A stretch of 63,988 nt of DNA from Octopus vulgaris (Eukaryota). The stretch is taken from the NCBI GenBank assembly GCA_951406725.2, contig OX597816.1, positions 57,350,001 to 57,413,988 on the forward strand, in the 5' to 3' direction. Below, piece after piece: positions 13,050 to 25,486 of this stretch. The notes below the pieces were generated by a model. It was given only the letters and a program-made list of their open reading frames with translations. It was not told the origin of the DNA and ran no database searches. The position numbers and the translations under genes were made by a program. Position 1 is the stretch's first letter; each line of letters starts with the position of its first letter.

Positions 13050-13568
13050 TGCCTACACAATGAAATCTTGAGTGAAGACCAAATATCGCAAAGATTATTG
13101 GAATTAGATGAAGAATGCAAAGAAGATAGTAGTGATTCCTTTTATTGCTCTGAAGATGACGGTGAAAGTGATTGTGTGCTTTACAGCTTAAGCTCTGTAT
13201 CATCAGATGATGAAGATACTCAAAAACAATTATCTGCAAGCCACCCAATTATGAATGAGCAATATGTTTCTAGAGACAGACAAGAAGTTTGGCATTTTAA
13301 TCCTCTTACTCAAGCAACAGTAAGAACTTGATCTTGCAATATTGTGCGCCAAGAATGTGGACCATCCCGTTTTACTAAGAGGTCTTGCGGTACCATTGAA
13401 ACATCTTTTACTATCTTTATGCGCCAGAATCTTCTTGAAGCAATTTGTAAATGGACAAACGTTGAAGGTCAGATTGTTTACAATGACAAATGGGAGGAAA
13501 TTGATCACTCTGAACTAAAGAAATTTATTGGGCTGATTATTTTTATAAGTGTTTATAAATCTAAACAT
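13050..13568 (+). mobile_element. piggyBac-like transposase pseudogene, N-terminal fragment
   Basis: Acidic N-terminus (LSEDQISQRLLELDEE..DSSDS...SSDDED), then after a stop NIVRQECGPSRF...FTIFMRQNLLEAICKWTNVEG....WEEIDHSELKKFIGLIIF.SVYKS, the start of the piggyBac/PGBD core. Truncated by SINEs. Confidence 0.85.
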
Positions 13569-13740
13569 GTGCTTGTGCCACGTAAAAAGCACTTTGCAGA
13601 ATGGTTGGTGTTAGGAAGGACATCCAGCCCTAAAATCCCTGCCAAAACAGACACAGTCGCCTAGGGTAGTTTTTCTACCTGGCTAGCTCCTGTCAACCGT
13701 CCTACCCATGCATGGAAGATGGACGTTAAACGATGATGCT
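13569..13740 (+). mobile_element. SINE fragment with RTE-type tail
   Basis: gtgccacgtaaaaagcac...ggttggtgttaggaaggacatccagcc...catggaagatggacgttaaacgatgatg. The same tail motif recurs at about 25175-25220. Confidence 0.6.
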
Positions 13741-13743
13741 TGA

Positions 13744-13950
13744 TGGCAGAAACGTTAGCACGCCGGGCGAAATGCTTAGCGTATTTCATCTGTCTTTACG
13801 TTCTGAGTTCAAATTCCGCCGAGGTCGACTTTGCCTTTCATGCTTTCGGGGTCGATAAATTAAGTACCAGTTGTGTACTAGGGTCGATCTAATCGACTGG
13901 CCCTCTCCCCCAAAAAACATTTCGGGCCTTTGCCTAGAGTAGAAAAAAAT
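13744..13950 (+). mobile_element. SINE family B
   Basis: tggcagaaacgttagcacgccgggcgaaatgc...gagttcaaattccgccgaggtcgactttgcc. Confidence 0.85.
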
Positions 13951-14534
13951 TATTATTGTTGTTGTTGTTGTTGTTGTATTAAAAATTTGTTGAAATATTT
14001 TGCGTAAGGTAGAAATAGAGCCAATTTATTGCACTTGAATTTTAGCAGCAAAATCTTCCATGGACCCTGATTGGGAATCACTGGTTTAAGGGGCTGATTA
14101 AGGTGTGTGATTGAACGGATCCAAAGACAAAGAGTCGCCAGTCTCACCTAACGTCCTCTCATTGTTTCTAAGCAGCAGCAGTAGCAGTAGTAGTAGTAGT
14201 AGTAGTAGTAGTAATAGTAGTAGTAGTGACAGCAACAATTCATACTATTGTTGTAACGATTTTGGTTTGATGTCATTATCTACAATAACCTTTCAGAAAA
14301 GAAGCTTGCTTTTATCTTATCACCGCCTCTGGTTTCTATTTATTTCAACCGCAATCTATAAACCACACCTCTCCTTCACAGATTACTCTTTCAGATAGCG
14401 TGAAACACCTGTGCTTGAGTTGTATTGTCTCCTTGTCTCGGAATTTACCTGTCTCCTCGCAGATGGCTCCTGGGATTACTTTATATTTTTGGCCTTTGTC
14501 ATATTTCAATAGAAGACAGTTATCTTATATCTTT

Positions 14535-14892
14535 CGTTTCTTTCAGTCATTGGTCTACGGCCATACTGGGGCACCGCCTTATCGGGTTTTAGGTGAACAA
14601 ATAATTACCCCAATAATTACTTTTTTTAAAATCTGGTAATATTCTATCTTTCCTTTGGGCAAACCGTTAAGTAACGGGGACGTAAACAAACCAACATCGG
14701 TGGCCAAGTGGTAGTATGAACAAACGTGCACGCGCACACACATGATGGGCTTCCACAGTTTCTGTCTATCAAAATCACTCAGAAGGCATTGGTCGGCCCA
14801 GGGCTGTTTTAGAAGGTGCCATACGGTGGGACTGAACCGGAAACCACGCGGTTGCAAAACAAGCTTCTGAACCACTCAGCCATGACTGCACC
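14535..14892 (-). mobile_element. SINE family A, old diverged copy
   Basis: tttcagtcattgg..cggccatactggggcaccgcc...gggactgaaccggaaaccac. Confidence 0.75.
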
Positions 14893-14961
14893 TAATTAAA
14901 TAATAATGAATTAATTGATTATTAATTTCGTTTATCGAGGCACGAATAAAGATGTAGAGTC

Positions 14962-15165
14962 GTTGTTGTTAAGCCCCAGGTCAGTCCTTATCCAGCAGAC
15001 TATGATCAAAGATGCCCCAACCATTGACCATTCCAACTGTGCATCCAGAATGTAGGCATAATGTATCTAGGACTACATTGTCCTATGTGCTTTGATATTT
15101 GAAGGAGGTTTGCCTGCAGCTTATAGCAGATCGAGGGATCTGTCAGGGGCCCTATTGTCGATAGA
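14962..15165 (+). repeat. Old interspersed repeat (family D)
   Basis: ttaagccccaggtcagtccttatccagcagactatgatcaaagatg..caaccat. Related decayed copies at about 625-850 and 19430-19510, and reversed at about 41790-41890. Confidence 0.5.
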
Positions 15166-15790
15166 ATACAAAGTGGGAGTCAGTGTTTTGGGAGTGACTT
15201 TTTGTTGAGTAGATTTTTTAAATGAAGGTACTTCTTGAGATGTAGGGCGGATGGGATTGAAATGTGGGCCAAGGTTTTTGGGTGAATAATGATAGAGAGA
15301 TGTTCAGTCCCTGATCAGTTCTGAAGAAAATTTTTGATTAAAGACAATCTGTGGCTGTGGAATCTTTTTCCATGTACAGCGTTACTCGGAAAACCAACAA
15401 AAGCATCGTTTTAGAGGCTCGTTTTTCTTTTGTTTTGTTTTTCTTTCAGTTCCTCTATGAATCATATGAAATACATTGAGGTAGATTCTTTTCCACAATT
15501 GGATGCCTTTCCTATCGCTTACCCTCACCTCTTTCCAAGCAAGATAATCCGCCCCCTCCCCCCGCTATGGCCTGATATCTTTTCTATGGAAGAACAGAAA
15601 CGAATAACATCGCTTGTACGACAGTGACATCCCTTAACAACCGTTACTCAGTGTCAAGATAAAGAGTCACAATCCTCCACACACACATACACATACACAC
15701 ATCAAAAGTGGTGTGTTTACTCCAGGGATCGGCAAAGTGGTCAATACTAACCCCAATACTGACCCCTGGTGGGTTATCCGAAGGATTTGA

Positions 15791-16206
15791 GGATCTTTTC
15801 GATTTGACCGACAGTTTTTAAAATTAATTTCCACGTAACTAAACACTTTTAAACTTCGTATACTGGTAGAATGTGTTTATAAAACATCTTTTTCTCTTGG
15901 CTTTATTGAGAAAATTCTATAGTTTGTAAGATATTTGTTGGTGTTTTTCTTCAATTTCTGCAATTTCAACCAATCAATGACGTGTATTGGGGTGAAAACA
16001 TTCTGTGCCGTATGAATATGTCCCTCGTTTAAGAAACAGATTGGGTTTATTTACATTTCTGAAGAAAAAAAACACCCTTCTCTCCACCCCTAACCCTAAC
16101 CCTAAAACAGATTGAAATGCAATAGATCGATACTAGGGTCATATTTATCGGTGACAATTTCATATGACACCGCTAGAAAAAACTGCCGTTCAAACTGAAA
16201 AGATCC
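15791..16206. mobile_element. MITE with 29-bp TIRs, GG termini and 8-bp TSD (Merlin-like), containing (CCCTAA)3
   Basis: ggatcttttcgatttgaccgacagttttt ... aaaaactgccgttcaaactgaaaagatcc. TSD ggatttga at 15783-15790 and 16207-16214. Confidence 0.88.
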
Positions 16207-16694
16207 GGATTTGATAAACACTTTAAAGGATTTTGAATATTAAGGAAGCTGAACCATTAGGAAACTGAATCCAGAAGAGCATGGGTAATTTGAGGCCAAA
16301 ATTCATTAATTTCCTGCCAGATATAGATGCAATTGTCGTTAGGGTTGTTCTGCGGAGGTGACTGGTTCAGTTAATGAATGAAAATGTGTTTCTTGAGCTG
16401 CACGAATAAGTAACTGAACAATACTCGTGAACATTTAACAGATTTTGTTATTGTACGAACTGCGTTGGTCTTTTATAAATAACAACGGCAATAATTGGTC
16501 ATTTGGGTGAGCAGAATGGAGTACGTGAAGCAGGAGCACACACGAAAACGAAAAGTGTCGCTAAAGAGGTCACAGATGTGTGACGAAAGATTTCTGGACA
16601 ATGGACATGAGTAGAATAAGAACAGTAATAAACGAATGCATTTGGAAGAGCAGAATGAAGTAACTGGAGCAAGGACACACAAGAAAACGAAAAG

Positions 16695-16739
16695 TGTCGC
16701 TGAAGAGGCCACAGATGTGTGACGAAAGATTTCTGGACA
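16695..16739 (+). ncRNA. Putative minimal type I hammerhead ribozyme (array unit 2)
   Basis: tgtcg-CTGAAGA-g-gccaca-gatg-tgtgac-GAA-agattt-C-tggaca. Conserved boxes intact, stem III quasi-palindromic, UUC triplet. Stems I and II imperfect. Confidence 0.6.
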
Positions 16740-16833
16740 ATGGACATGAGTAGAATAAGAACAGTAATAAACGAGTGCATTTGGAAGAGCAGAATGAAGT
16801 AACTGGAGCAAGGACACACAAGAAAACGAAAAG

Positions 16834-16878
16834 TGTCGCTGAAGAGGCCACGGATGTGTGACGAAAGATTTCTGGACA
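16834..16878 (+). ncRNA. Putative minimal type I hammerhead ribozyme (array unit 3)
   Basis: Same as unit 2 with an A>G change in stem II that gives a G.U pair. Confidence 0.6.
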
Positions 16879-18226
16879 ATGGACATGAGTAGAATAAGAG
16901 CAGTAATAAACGAGTGAATAATAAATATACAGTGCGTGTTTGTTTGGCAAAAAAAAAAAGAAAGAAAAAAATGACCATCCTGTGATACAACAATATCTAT
17001 TTCAACACACGATTTCACATCAGGAATCTTGCAGGATCTTGCAACACAATTTGATAAACGTAATGGCAATAATTTACATATTGGAAAAGGAGACAAACGT
17101 TCCACTTTCGAAGAAGTTACTTCCGAGATATAAGTAACTCTCTCTCTCTCTCTCTCTGTGCGTGTGTGCGCGCGCGCGTGCAAATGTCTATGCGCAGGCT
17201 AAGTATTCTAAGAAACTGCAAGCACCTTGCTTTTGTCATGGATAGCTTGTTTGATAAGGTATTATACGAAAAGCGATGTTAATTGTTAATCTCAATCTAT
17301 TAATGAGTTACTGTTTTTCCTCTTTGAAATAATCCATTAAAAACGTCGGTATTTGTTGTAGTCCTTGTGATCTACTTTACAAAGTCGCTCTCTCATATAA
17401 GGAGGCTTTTATATCCAGCCAATAAAAATGCCTGTTGCGGGAGAAGCAAATAAACTTTAAAACATGTCTCTAATTCTTCAGAAGTACTTCACATTTCGCT
17501 CTCATCCACTTTCTCGCTTAGATTATAGTAACGTAGCTTTTTTATTGCCTCTTGATTCTCTTATCAGAATGAAATGTGGCGAAGTCTAATTACTCTGTCA
17601 CAAGTGATTAGCAATATCACCCAGTGACAGAAAAAAAACAAAAGATGATGATGATGATAATAATAACCACTCACGACAAATTGGAGGCAATCAAAATTCC
17701 TACAATTTTCTGAGAACGATGTGTGTTGATAAATCCGTCGATGATCTTTCTGCGGCGACATTCGACGATGTTTCTGTTGCGCTTCAAATAATTGTTTTAT
17801 CGCCGACAATGGTGGCGACTAATGAATGACGAATGTCAACAACGTTACAATTCTCTCTCTTCCTTCTCTCTTTTTCTCTATCTATCTCCCTCTTCTTCTT
17901 CTTCGTCCTCCTCAATGAAATTCCAAGTCAGACAGCACTAACATTTTTCTTTCCACCACCACCACTACCAACAACTAGAACAGCAATAATTGCCATTTTA
18001 ACAGAGAGTAATTCACTTCAAGTGAGAGATGAATGAAGAAAGGAGCCCCTACCTTTACCTCTGTATGGTCTATTTTATAAGAAGTGAGTGTGTGACATGC
18101 GTGACACGAGTGAAAGAAAAGGTCGTCTGGTCAGTGGTTATGAGAAAAAAAATTTATGCAGAACGAAAACGAGATGCAGGGTTCGAATTGCTCCAGTGAT
18201 CCTTAGGGACAAGATTCAACCAATGT

Positions 18227-18287
<61 letters not shown>

Positions 18288-18315
18288 AATCACACTTCAC
18301 GCACACACACGTCCA

Positions 18316-18492
18316 ATACCTATTTCTTTATTACCCACAAGGGGATAAACATAGAGGGGACAAACATGGACAGACATAGGTATTAAGTCGATTATATCGA
18401 CCCCAGTGCGTAACTGGTACTTAATTTATCGACCCCGAAAGGATGAAAGGCAAAGTCGACCTCGGCGGAATTTGAACTCTCAACGTAACGGC
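18316..18492 (-). mobile_element. SINE family B, 5'-truncated
   Basis: atacctatttctttattacccacaagggg...gtcgacctcggcggaatttgaactc. Confidence 0.85.
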
Positions 18493-19524
18493 ACTGTCTT
18501 CTGTACGTTCCTCAGTCGTCCTCCTATGTCACATTTTATTATATCACATATATACATATACTCTCAGGTAGATATAGACTCGACATACCTCGTGTCCCCG
18601 ATGCGTCAACACCCCTCCTCGCCCCCCTCCCCATGCCAACTAATAAGCCAGTCCTTCCTCTGAACCCCATCCTCCTTGCTCATGTATTTTCCTGTAGGTG
18701 TTGACTTACAACATTTTAACTGGAATATTGATGCCATCAACCTCGCCAGATTGGAGGAGTCCGTACGAATCACGGGCACTGTCGCTTCTACAGAGTCAGC
18801 AAGTAATAAACCCAAAATAAGAGGAACTGATTATTTTAGCTGGAAACCACAACGGAGAATTAGTTACACTCACTGTAAAAAACATACAAATATGCATCTG
18901 TCTCTAGAGTTTACAATTAGATGCATGAGTGCTACTGGCAAGTTGAGAGCTGCGCGTGGAGTATTTGATTGATGTAATGTAATGCAACGAAGAGTTCCCC
19001 GGATTAGACGTTAGCATCCACTGCAGAGGATGCAAATAACTACAATGATGAAACGTACGTTGGGACAATAGACGTAAACTTGTTAATCATAATAGTGTGT
19101 GTGTGTGTGTGTGTTGTACTTTTACAAGAGTGATGGCAGTGACTTTGAATCTTCGTCTTGCCAGCCTTCATCAGTCGATATTTAGACTTCGCTGTCATCA
19201 TTCTTATTGTAAAAGTGTAATAAAGATGTACACTACAAAAAGTATTGAGTAATTATTTAGTCCCATGTAAAATTATTTTATTATAACTATACACACACAT
19301 ACACACACACACAGAAAGGTAAACTGATATTTTGATGAAAAACCAAGATGGTGAGGATTAAAAGGCGAATAGTGATTTACTGATTGCGTTCATTTGGGAT
19401 GCGTCCATTCTGGAGCACATTCCTTTACTGTTGAATTTCGATCAGTTCTGATCGAACAGACCTGTGATCAAAGATGTTCCAACCATAACCAATCTGGCAT
19501 TTTTAAATGTATCATGTTTAGATA

Positions 19525-19890
19525 GGCGCAACAGTGACTGTGTGGTAAGTAGCTTGCTTACCAACCACTTGATTCTGGGTTCAGTCCCACTGTGTGGCAC
19601 CTTGGACAAGTGTCTTCTACTATAGCCTCGGGCCGACTAAAGCCTTGAGAGTGGATTTGCTAGACGGAAACTGGAAGAAACCCGTCGTATATGTATATAT
19701 ATGTATATGTGTGTATATATTTGTGTCTGTTTGTCCCCCCATCCCCACCCCAACATCGCTTGACAACCGGCAAAAGAGACCGATAGAATAAGTACTAAGC
19801 TTACAAAGAATAAGTCCTGGGGTCGATTTGTTCGACTAAAGGCGGTGCTCCAGCATGGCCGCAGCCAAATGACTGAACAAGTAAAAGGGT
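19525..19890 (+). mobile_element. SINE family A, full length
   Basis: ggcgcaacagtgactgtgtggtaagtagcttgcttaccaaccac...gactgaacaagtaaaag. Confidence 0.9.
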
Positions 19891-20807
19891 AGATAGTCAA
19901 ATATTTCTTTCTTTATTTAAGACTGTAGAATGTAACTTGAAGGAGATTTGACTATTATTTCTTGCAAGTTAACAATAGTGTAAAGGCTCAGTCAGTCGAT
20001 GAAAAAGGCCATAGTAATTTCTCTAGTATTTATTTTATTCAGGTCATAATGAAAGGAGTCAAAGTCTAGCTAGGAATAAAGGGACATTGTCAAATACCAC
20101 AAATTATATTTGTTTTGTCCCCCGATTCATCTTTCACCAAGAGACGCACACACACACACATCCGACGAGTATGTCCGTCTACCCAATTTCATAAAACTTT
20201 GATAACCGAAGGCTATAGCTGGACACATGCACAAGCTACTACCTGAAGGGAACGAACTCATTCGCCACACGTCTATGAGTACAACCCAAATCTATAAACC
20301 ATTTAGTGCGCTAATCTCTTCCTATCCATACACGTGTCTAGCATAGTTTTAAACATGTTTAGAAATCCTAATAATAAAACAGATAAATGTGACAACTAAA
20401 CAAGAAACTCGAACAGGGACATACATAAATTGTTGAGATTACCTTTGGGCGAACATAAAACAGCAAAAGCCATGTTTTTTTGGCTTTTTAACTCCATATA
20501 AATCAGTCTGAACACAGACTAACAATAACCTCAGGTCAGAGCTAGCTTGGTACTTAACTGTGATTGCTGTAGTTTTAAGTGGGGGAAAGGGCTGCAAGAG
20601 ATAATTAATCTACTCCAGAATAGTACTCTAGGCTTTCTAATAAATATCTTTTTACTAATTAATCTCTACAACTATCAGTAAGTCAAGAGACTGAACGTTT
20701 GTTTTATTTTTTATATTTATTTATTTGTTTTGTTCAAAACTCTGTCCTGACTATTTGTTCTACTTTTCAATGGGGCTATCTATGCTCTTTCTTTTTCTCT
20801 CCCCACC

Positions 20808-20848
<41 letters not shown>

Positions 20849-21427
20849 GCCCTATCTATGTTCTATATATGAAGGTAACTATCTTCCTCACCCCACCATC
20901 ACCATTGCATGTCTCCAATTATATATTTTTTCTATTATTTCGGATTTCAGAGTTGTCTCCCTTGTCCATTTTGATGAGAATTAGTCATTAAAATTACTGA
21001 TTTTTCTGTTTGTTGGAAGGTTAATTAAAAAATTTTTTTGCAACATAATGTTAACCTCCACTTAATTACACACACTCTGTCTCCTTTTCAATTCTTAAAC
21101 TTTAGTACACCTGATTCATTCCCTCCCTTTGTTGTCTCCTTTTTTTTTTTGTCCATTGCTCTCCACGAAAGTATTGTTACAATGACCTGGAACTTTACCT
21201 AACTTTCTAAGCATTAAACACCGACAAAACGCTGGATCTTCCCTTTGCTGGATTTGAACTCAGCTCTTCAATTACTTAATGTCTCCACCACTTACCTATT
21301 GTACCTATTCCAATGTTAAACGAAGTTCCTTACTCAAAGACACAACACAACGCCCTGTCAAAGAATCGAACATTACGACCATGAGCCTAGTAACCCTAAC
21401 TACTAGGTCAAAAACATTTGCAAATGC

Positions 21428-21782
21428 ACACATGGTTCCGGGTTCGGTCCCACTGCATGGCACCTTGGGCAAGTGTCTTCTACTATAGCCTCGGGCCGAC
21501 CAAAGCCTTGTGAGTGGATTTGGTAGACTGAAACTGAAAGAACCCCGTCGTATGTATGTGTGTATATATATATGTGTGTCTGTCTGTCATTGTTTCCCCT
21601 CCTCCAACATCGCTTGACATCCGATGCTGGTGTGTGTACGTCCCCGTAACTTAGCGGTTCGGCAAAAAGAGTGTGATAGAATAAGTACTAGGCTTACAAA
21701 GAATAAGTCCTGGAGCCGATTTGCTCGACTAAAAGATTGTGCTCCAGTATGGCCGCAGTCAAATCACTGAAATGAAAGAAAA
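21428..21782 (+). mobile_element. SINE family A, 5'-truncated
   Basis: cacatggttccgggttcggtcccactgcatggcacc...atggccgcagtcaaat. Confidence 0.88.
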
Positions 21783-22659
21783 CAAAGGATTTCAAAAGTG
21801 AACGATTAAAATATTTCTGTTGCCATATGTCTCTCATCTGCATCGCGCGGTTAAAAGTGTTCTCAAGAAAAAAAGCATCCAACGTTCTCCACTGCATCAA
21901 CCATTCTACGTTATGGGTTGTTGGGTGGGGAGGGTCCACCTCGGGGGCATGATCTTCGTCCTAATTTGATAGATGAGAGCAGCAGTTTGGAAACAGAATA
22001 CACTCAGTCTCGACAGTGAGTGGCATGGAGAGAAATCTGTTCTTTAAAGACTGATATTTAATTTCTCGACATCTGCACCCGGATTGCCATTGGAGAATGT
22101 GTCAGAAATGACTCAGTAGATGAGCGATTTGATCCCCACCCACGAATGTAAACATTGTTGGTTGGACTGGATGTCTGCTGTTGTTGTGTTCGAGATTGGT
22201 TGTGATGAAAAATCGGCAGCATTGAGGACCCTTTTAACAACGTTATATAGCACGGTCTGACGAAGGAGAAACACTGTGACGATTGAATCCGAACCCGTCG
22301 ACAGTAGCTCCACAGCATTGTTTATGAAACTTGCCCACGTGGATAGAGAGAGAGGTGCAGAGCAAATCTGATGAGTGCCGACGAAGAGGGCACCGCATGC
22401 TTATATTATAGAAGAGAAATACAAGAAGGATTAAACAGAACGAGAGAGAAAGAGAGGGGGGGAGAATAATTAATGGCTGTTGTGTGTTAAAAGTTAAACA
22501 TCATTGACAGAAATCGAGCTTTAGAAAACATCTAAATTGTTCGTGACATGTGAAGAGGTCACGTCACACTAGCTTTTTGACTGTAGTAGAATGTGTGTGT
22601 GTTGGGAGGGGGGACTTATTAAAAACAACCTGTATTATATACCGACTGCTACTGTTTGT

Positions 22660-22865
22660 GATGGTGAGGTGGTGGTGGTGGTGGTGGTCGTCATCGTCGT
22701 AATAGTGGAATTAGCAACAGCTATGCGACGACGACGACGACGGCAGCAGCTGTGGTTATGGTGATAATGGCCATTGTTGTTACTATTGTAATGGTGGTGG
22801 TGGTGGTGGTGGTGGTGGTGGTAGTAGTAGTAGGAGTAGGGCAGCGGCGGCGGTGGTGGTAGTGC
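22660..22865. repeat. Mosaic of trinucleotide repeats (GGT/GTC/CGA/GCA/GTA)
   Basis: Directly visible. Gives the low-complexity poly-H/P/R/T ORF on the minus strand. Confidence 0.85.
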
Positions 22866-23079
22866 GATATTAATGCAATAAGATTTCACGTGACAGGTGG
22901 CTACTTTATAATATTTCTGTATAATTCCTTTCATCTTTTACCAACAAAAACCCGAGAAAGAGAAAACTAGGAAGGTGTGATGAAGTATTGTTGCAAATCA
23001 ACGAATTAGCAAAGCGAGAAATATGCGATTAGTCTTTGATCGAGCGTTTAGGAAATTTGAATTCACCAGAAAAATAGAG

Positions 23080-23131
<52 letters not shown>

Positions 23132-25486
23132 ATTGGATACACACACAAACACATACACGGACACACATACCGACACTGATATAATCTTTTATTTTTTTAC
23201 TTAACCGCAGTCCAATGACTGGAACATGCTGAGACTCCACCTCGAAGGCCTTTTGTCGAACAAATCGATCCTCCTGTATTAATTTTTAGTCTGGTACATA
23301 TGAAGTCGCTTTCTTTTCTCCGAACTGCTGCGTTAAGGGGTAGCAAACAAACCTACATCGGTTGTCAAGCAGTGCTGGGACACATACACACACACACACA
23401 CTGAAATACTTCCTTTTGTACCCGCCTAAAATTTAAAAAAAAAAACATTACACATGGTGGAAAATTATAATAATGATGAGAAAATCATAAAAATTAAGAA
23501 TCTCTATTAAAAAAAAAGACTTCCTTTCTGTATTATGTATAGTCATGTCCCAATTTTCCTGAGGTTAAGGCCTGAATTGCCTGACTATGAAATTTGCCTA
23601 ACCTTGGGTCATGAATATACATAGTATAGAAATGAAGTCTTTTTAATAGAAATTCTCATCATTATTATTATGCGACATGGTAGGAAATCAATTTTCCACC
23701 ATGTGTAATTTTCGTTTTTTAATTTTATTGTGAAGTTCAAAAGGAAGTCTTTTCAAAACACGCATACAATAATCACCACAGTTTTCGTATTCACGGACAA
23801 TACATCGGTAGAAGACACTTCCCCTGGGTGTCACACAGTAGGACTGAACCTGACACTACGTAGGTGCAAAACGAGATTCCTAACCACACAGCCATGCCTG
23901 CGCGCGCGTGCGTGCGTGTGTGTATGTGTGTGAGTAGTTGTCTAAAAATCTACGTGTCAGGAAAAGAATACCTCTTCATATCTTGGGATTCATGACGGAA
24001 CTCATTGTCTTTTACCCTGGCTTCTAATCTCGATTTCTCTCTTCAGCCTTCTGGATTCGATTGGAGTAAAAGTACCAGTGAAGTGCTGGGGTGAACGATG
24101 TAATAATAGACTCTGATTGACAAGAATTTCGTGATGACCACGACTACAATATGTTCCATAATCTACAGAGGACCTGGATGTAAACAACGGCGTCTTTACG
24201 TGGTTGCCCGACCTGCTAGGATCAGCCATCAAATCTCTTTCATATGATACCCCCCCCCCGCCCCATGGTAAAAGAGGGAATAACAAATTGGAATCTGTAG
24301 TGGAGTCTTTATTCCATCCATGACCATCCTGTTTGTTTTTAAATGTATTTTATTGTTGGTCTGCACGATCAGGATTGACCTGAAGTTAACCAACAACAAA
24401 GGTGTGTGTGAACACTTAATGAAAACCACATTTTTGTCCTCGTTTTCTTTTCTTTTCTTTTTTTTTTTTTCTCATTTCAAGTTCTCAAACATAGACTTGT
24501 TCTAAATTGTTGCTTGACTTGAAATATTACCGTTTCTCTGCTTTCCTCTTCCTATTTTTACTTTCTTTTTTCCTCAACCATTCATTTCCTCAAATCTAAA
24601 ACAATTAGATTGGCCACACCAATGTTTAGATAACTATGTAAGAATTTTCATGTCAGCACTAACTTTACATCACCACCACATGTCCCAGATAGAGCTTGAA
24701 GCAGACGACTCGCATTAAACAGAAGGAAACTAACGAATTGAACGGAAAACAACGCATAAAAACAGAGGTTATAAATTACTTTCAAAAGGAGACTTAATAT
24801 ATGTGTCTGAAGTTTAAAACATATCCGTGATGAATGTGCTGCTGGGGCAGGAATCCTGGAGTTATTTAAAGACGGGACTCGACGTGAGGTAAAAAGGCAG
24901 GACGAGTATTATAGGTTAAGTTTCAAATCGTCCTTAATAACCTGGCTTTTTTTTCTGTGTTGATTGATAGAGACGTGACAATGTCGTAAAAAAAAGAAAA
25001 AGTAAAATGATTTTTATTCAGATCAAACTGATAAAGGCTGATATTGTCATTAATGAAATATATAACACAGTGATAAAAGAGATTGGAAAGTCTATGTTCT
25101 GTTTTAGTTCTCTAACCACATACGACTCTGTTTCTTCGTGATGTGAACCGAATCCATTAATTTATGTAAACAATCCATGCCAACATGGAAGGCGGACGTT
25201 AAATGAAGATGATGATGATTATGAAATACAAGAAATAGTAAATAAATAAAATGTGTGAAGATAATTCTTTCAGTCGATAAGATTTTGGATCTTTTTCTGT
25301 GAAATTATGGTGGAGATGGTGTTGAATGTATATAGAGATAATATCAATCGCTAAAACTTAAAACTTATGTATCATTTCTGCATGCTTATAAATTTGTGTT
25401 ATCACAGACAATAAAAAAAAAACTCCCTTTCTCCCTAAACATTCACAGGTCAGCAGTTGATCCTGTGAGAATAGTTTTCTTTGACG

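Larger units (their letters stand above)
16498..16915 (+). repeat. 139-bp tandem repeat, three copies, each with a hammerhead-like motif and a downstream AATAAA
   Basis: gagcagaatg recurs at 16509, 16648 and 16787. Copies 2 and 3 are nearly identical. Confidence 0.95.

Noticed and set aside
16498-16915. CRISPR-like appearance of regularly recurring sequence
   Set aside because: Whole units are repeated with no unique spacers, the context is eukaryotic and there are no cas genes.
16473-17183. Three overlapping minus-strand ORFs (236, 164, 126 aa) across the tandem repeat
   Set aside because: The purine-rich + strand lacks tta/cta/tca, so all antisense frames stay open. The 139-bp unit is not a multiple of 3 and the peptides resemble no known domain.
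22255-22285. CTGACGA-agga-GAAA-cactgtg
   Set aside because: No stem II, a G at the cleavage position and only a 2-bp stem I. Likely chance.
22365-22400. CTGATGA followed by a gtgcc/ggcac hairpin
   Set aside because: No GAAA box or stem III after the hairpin.
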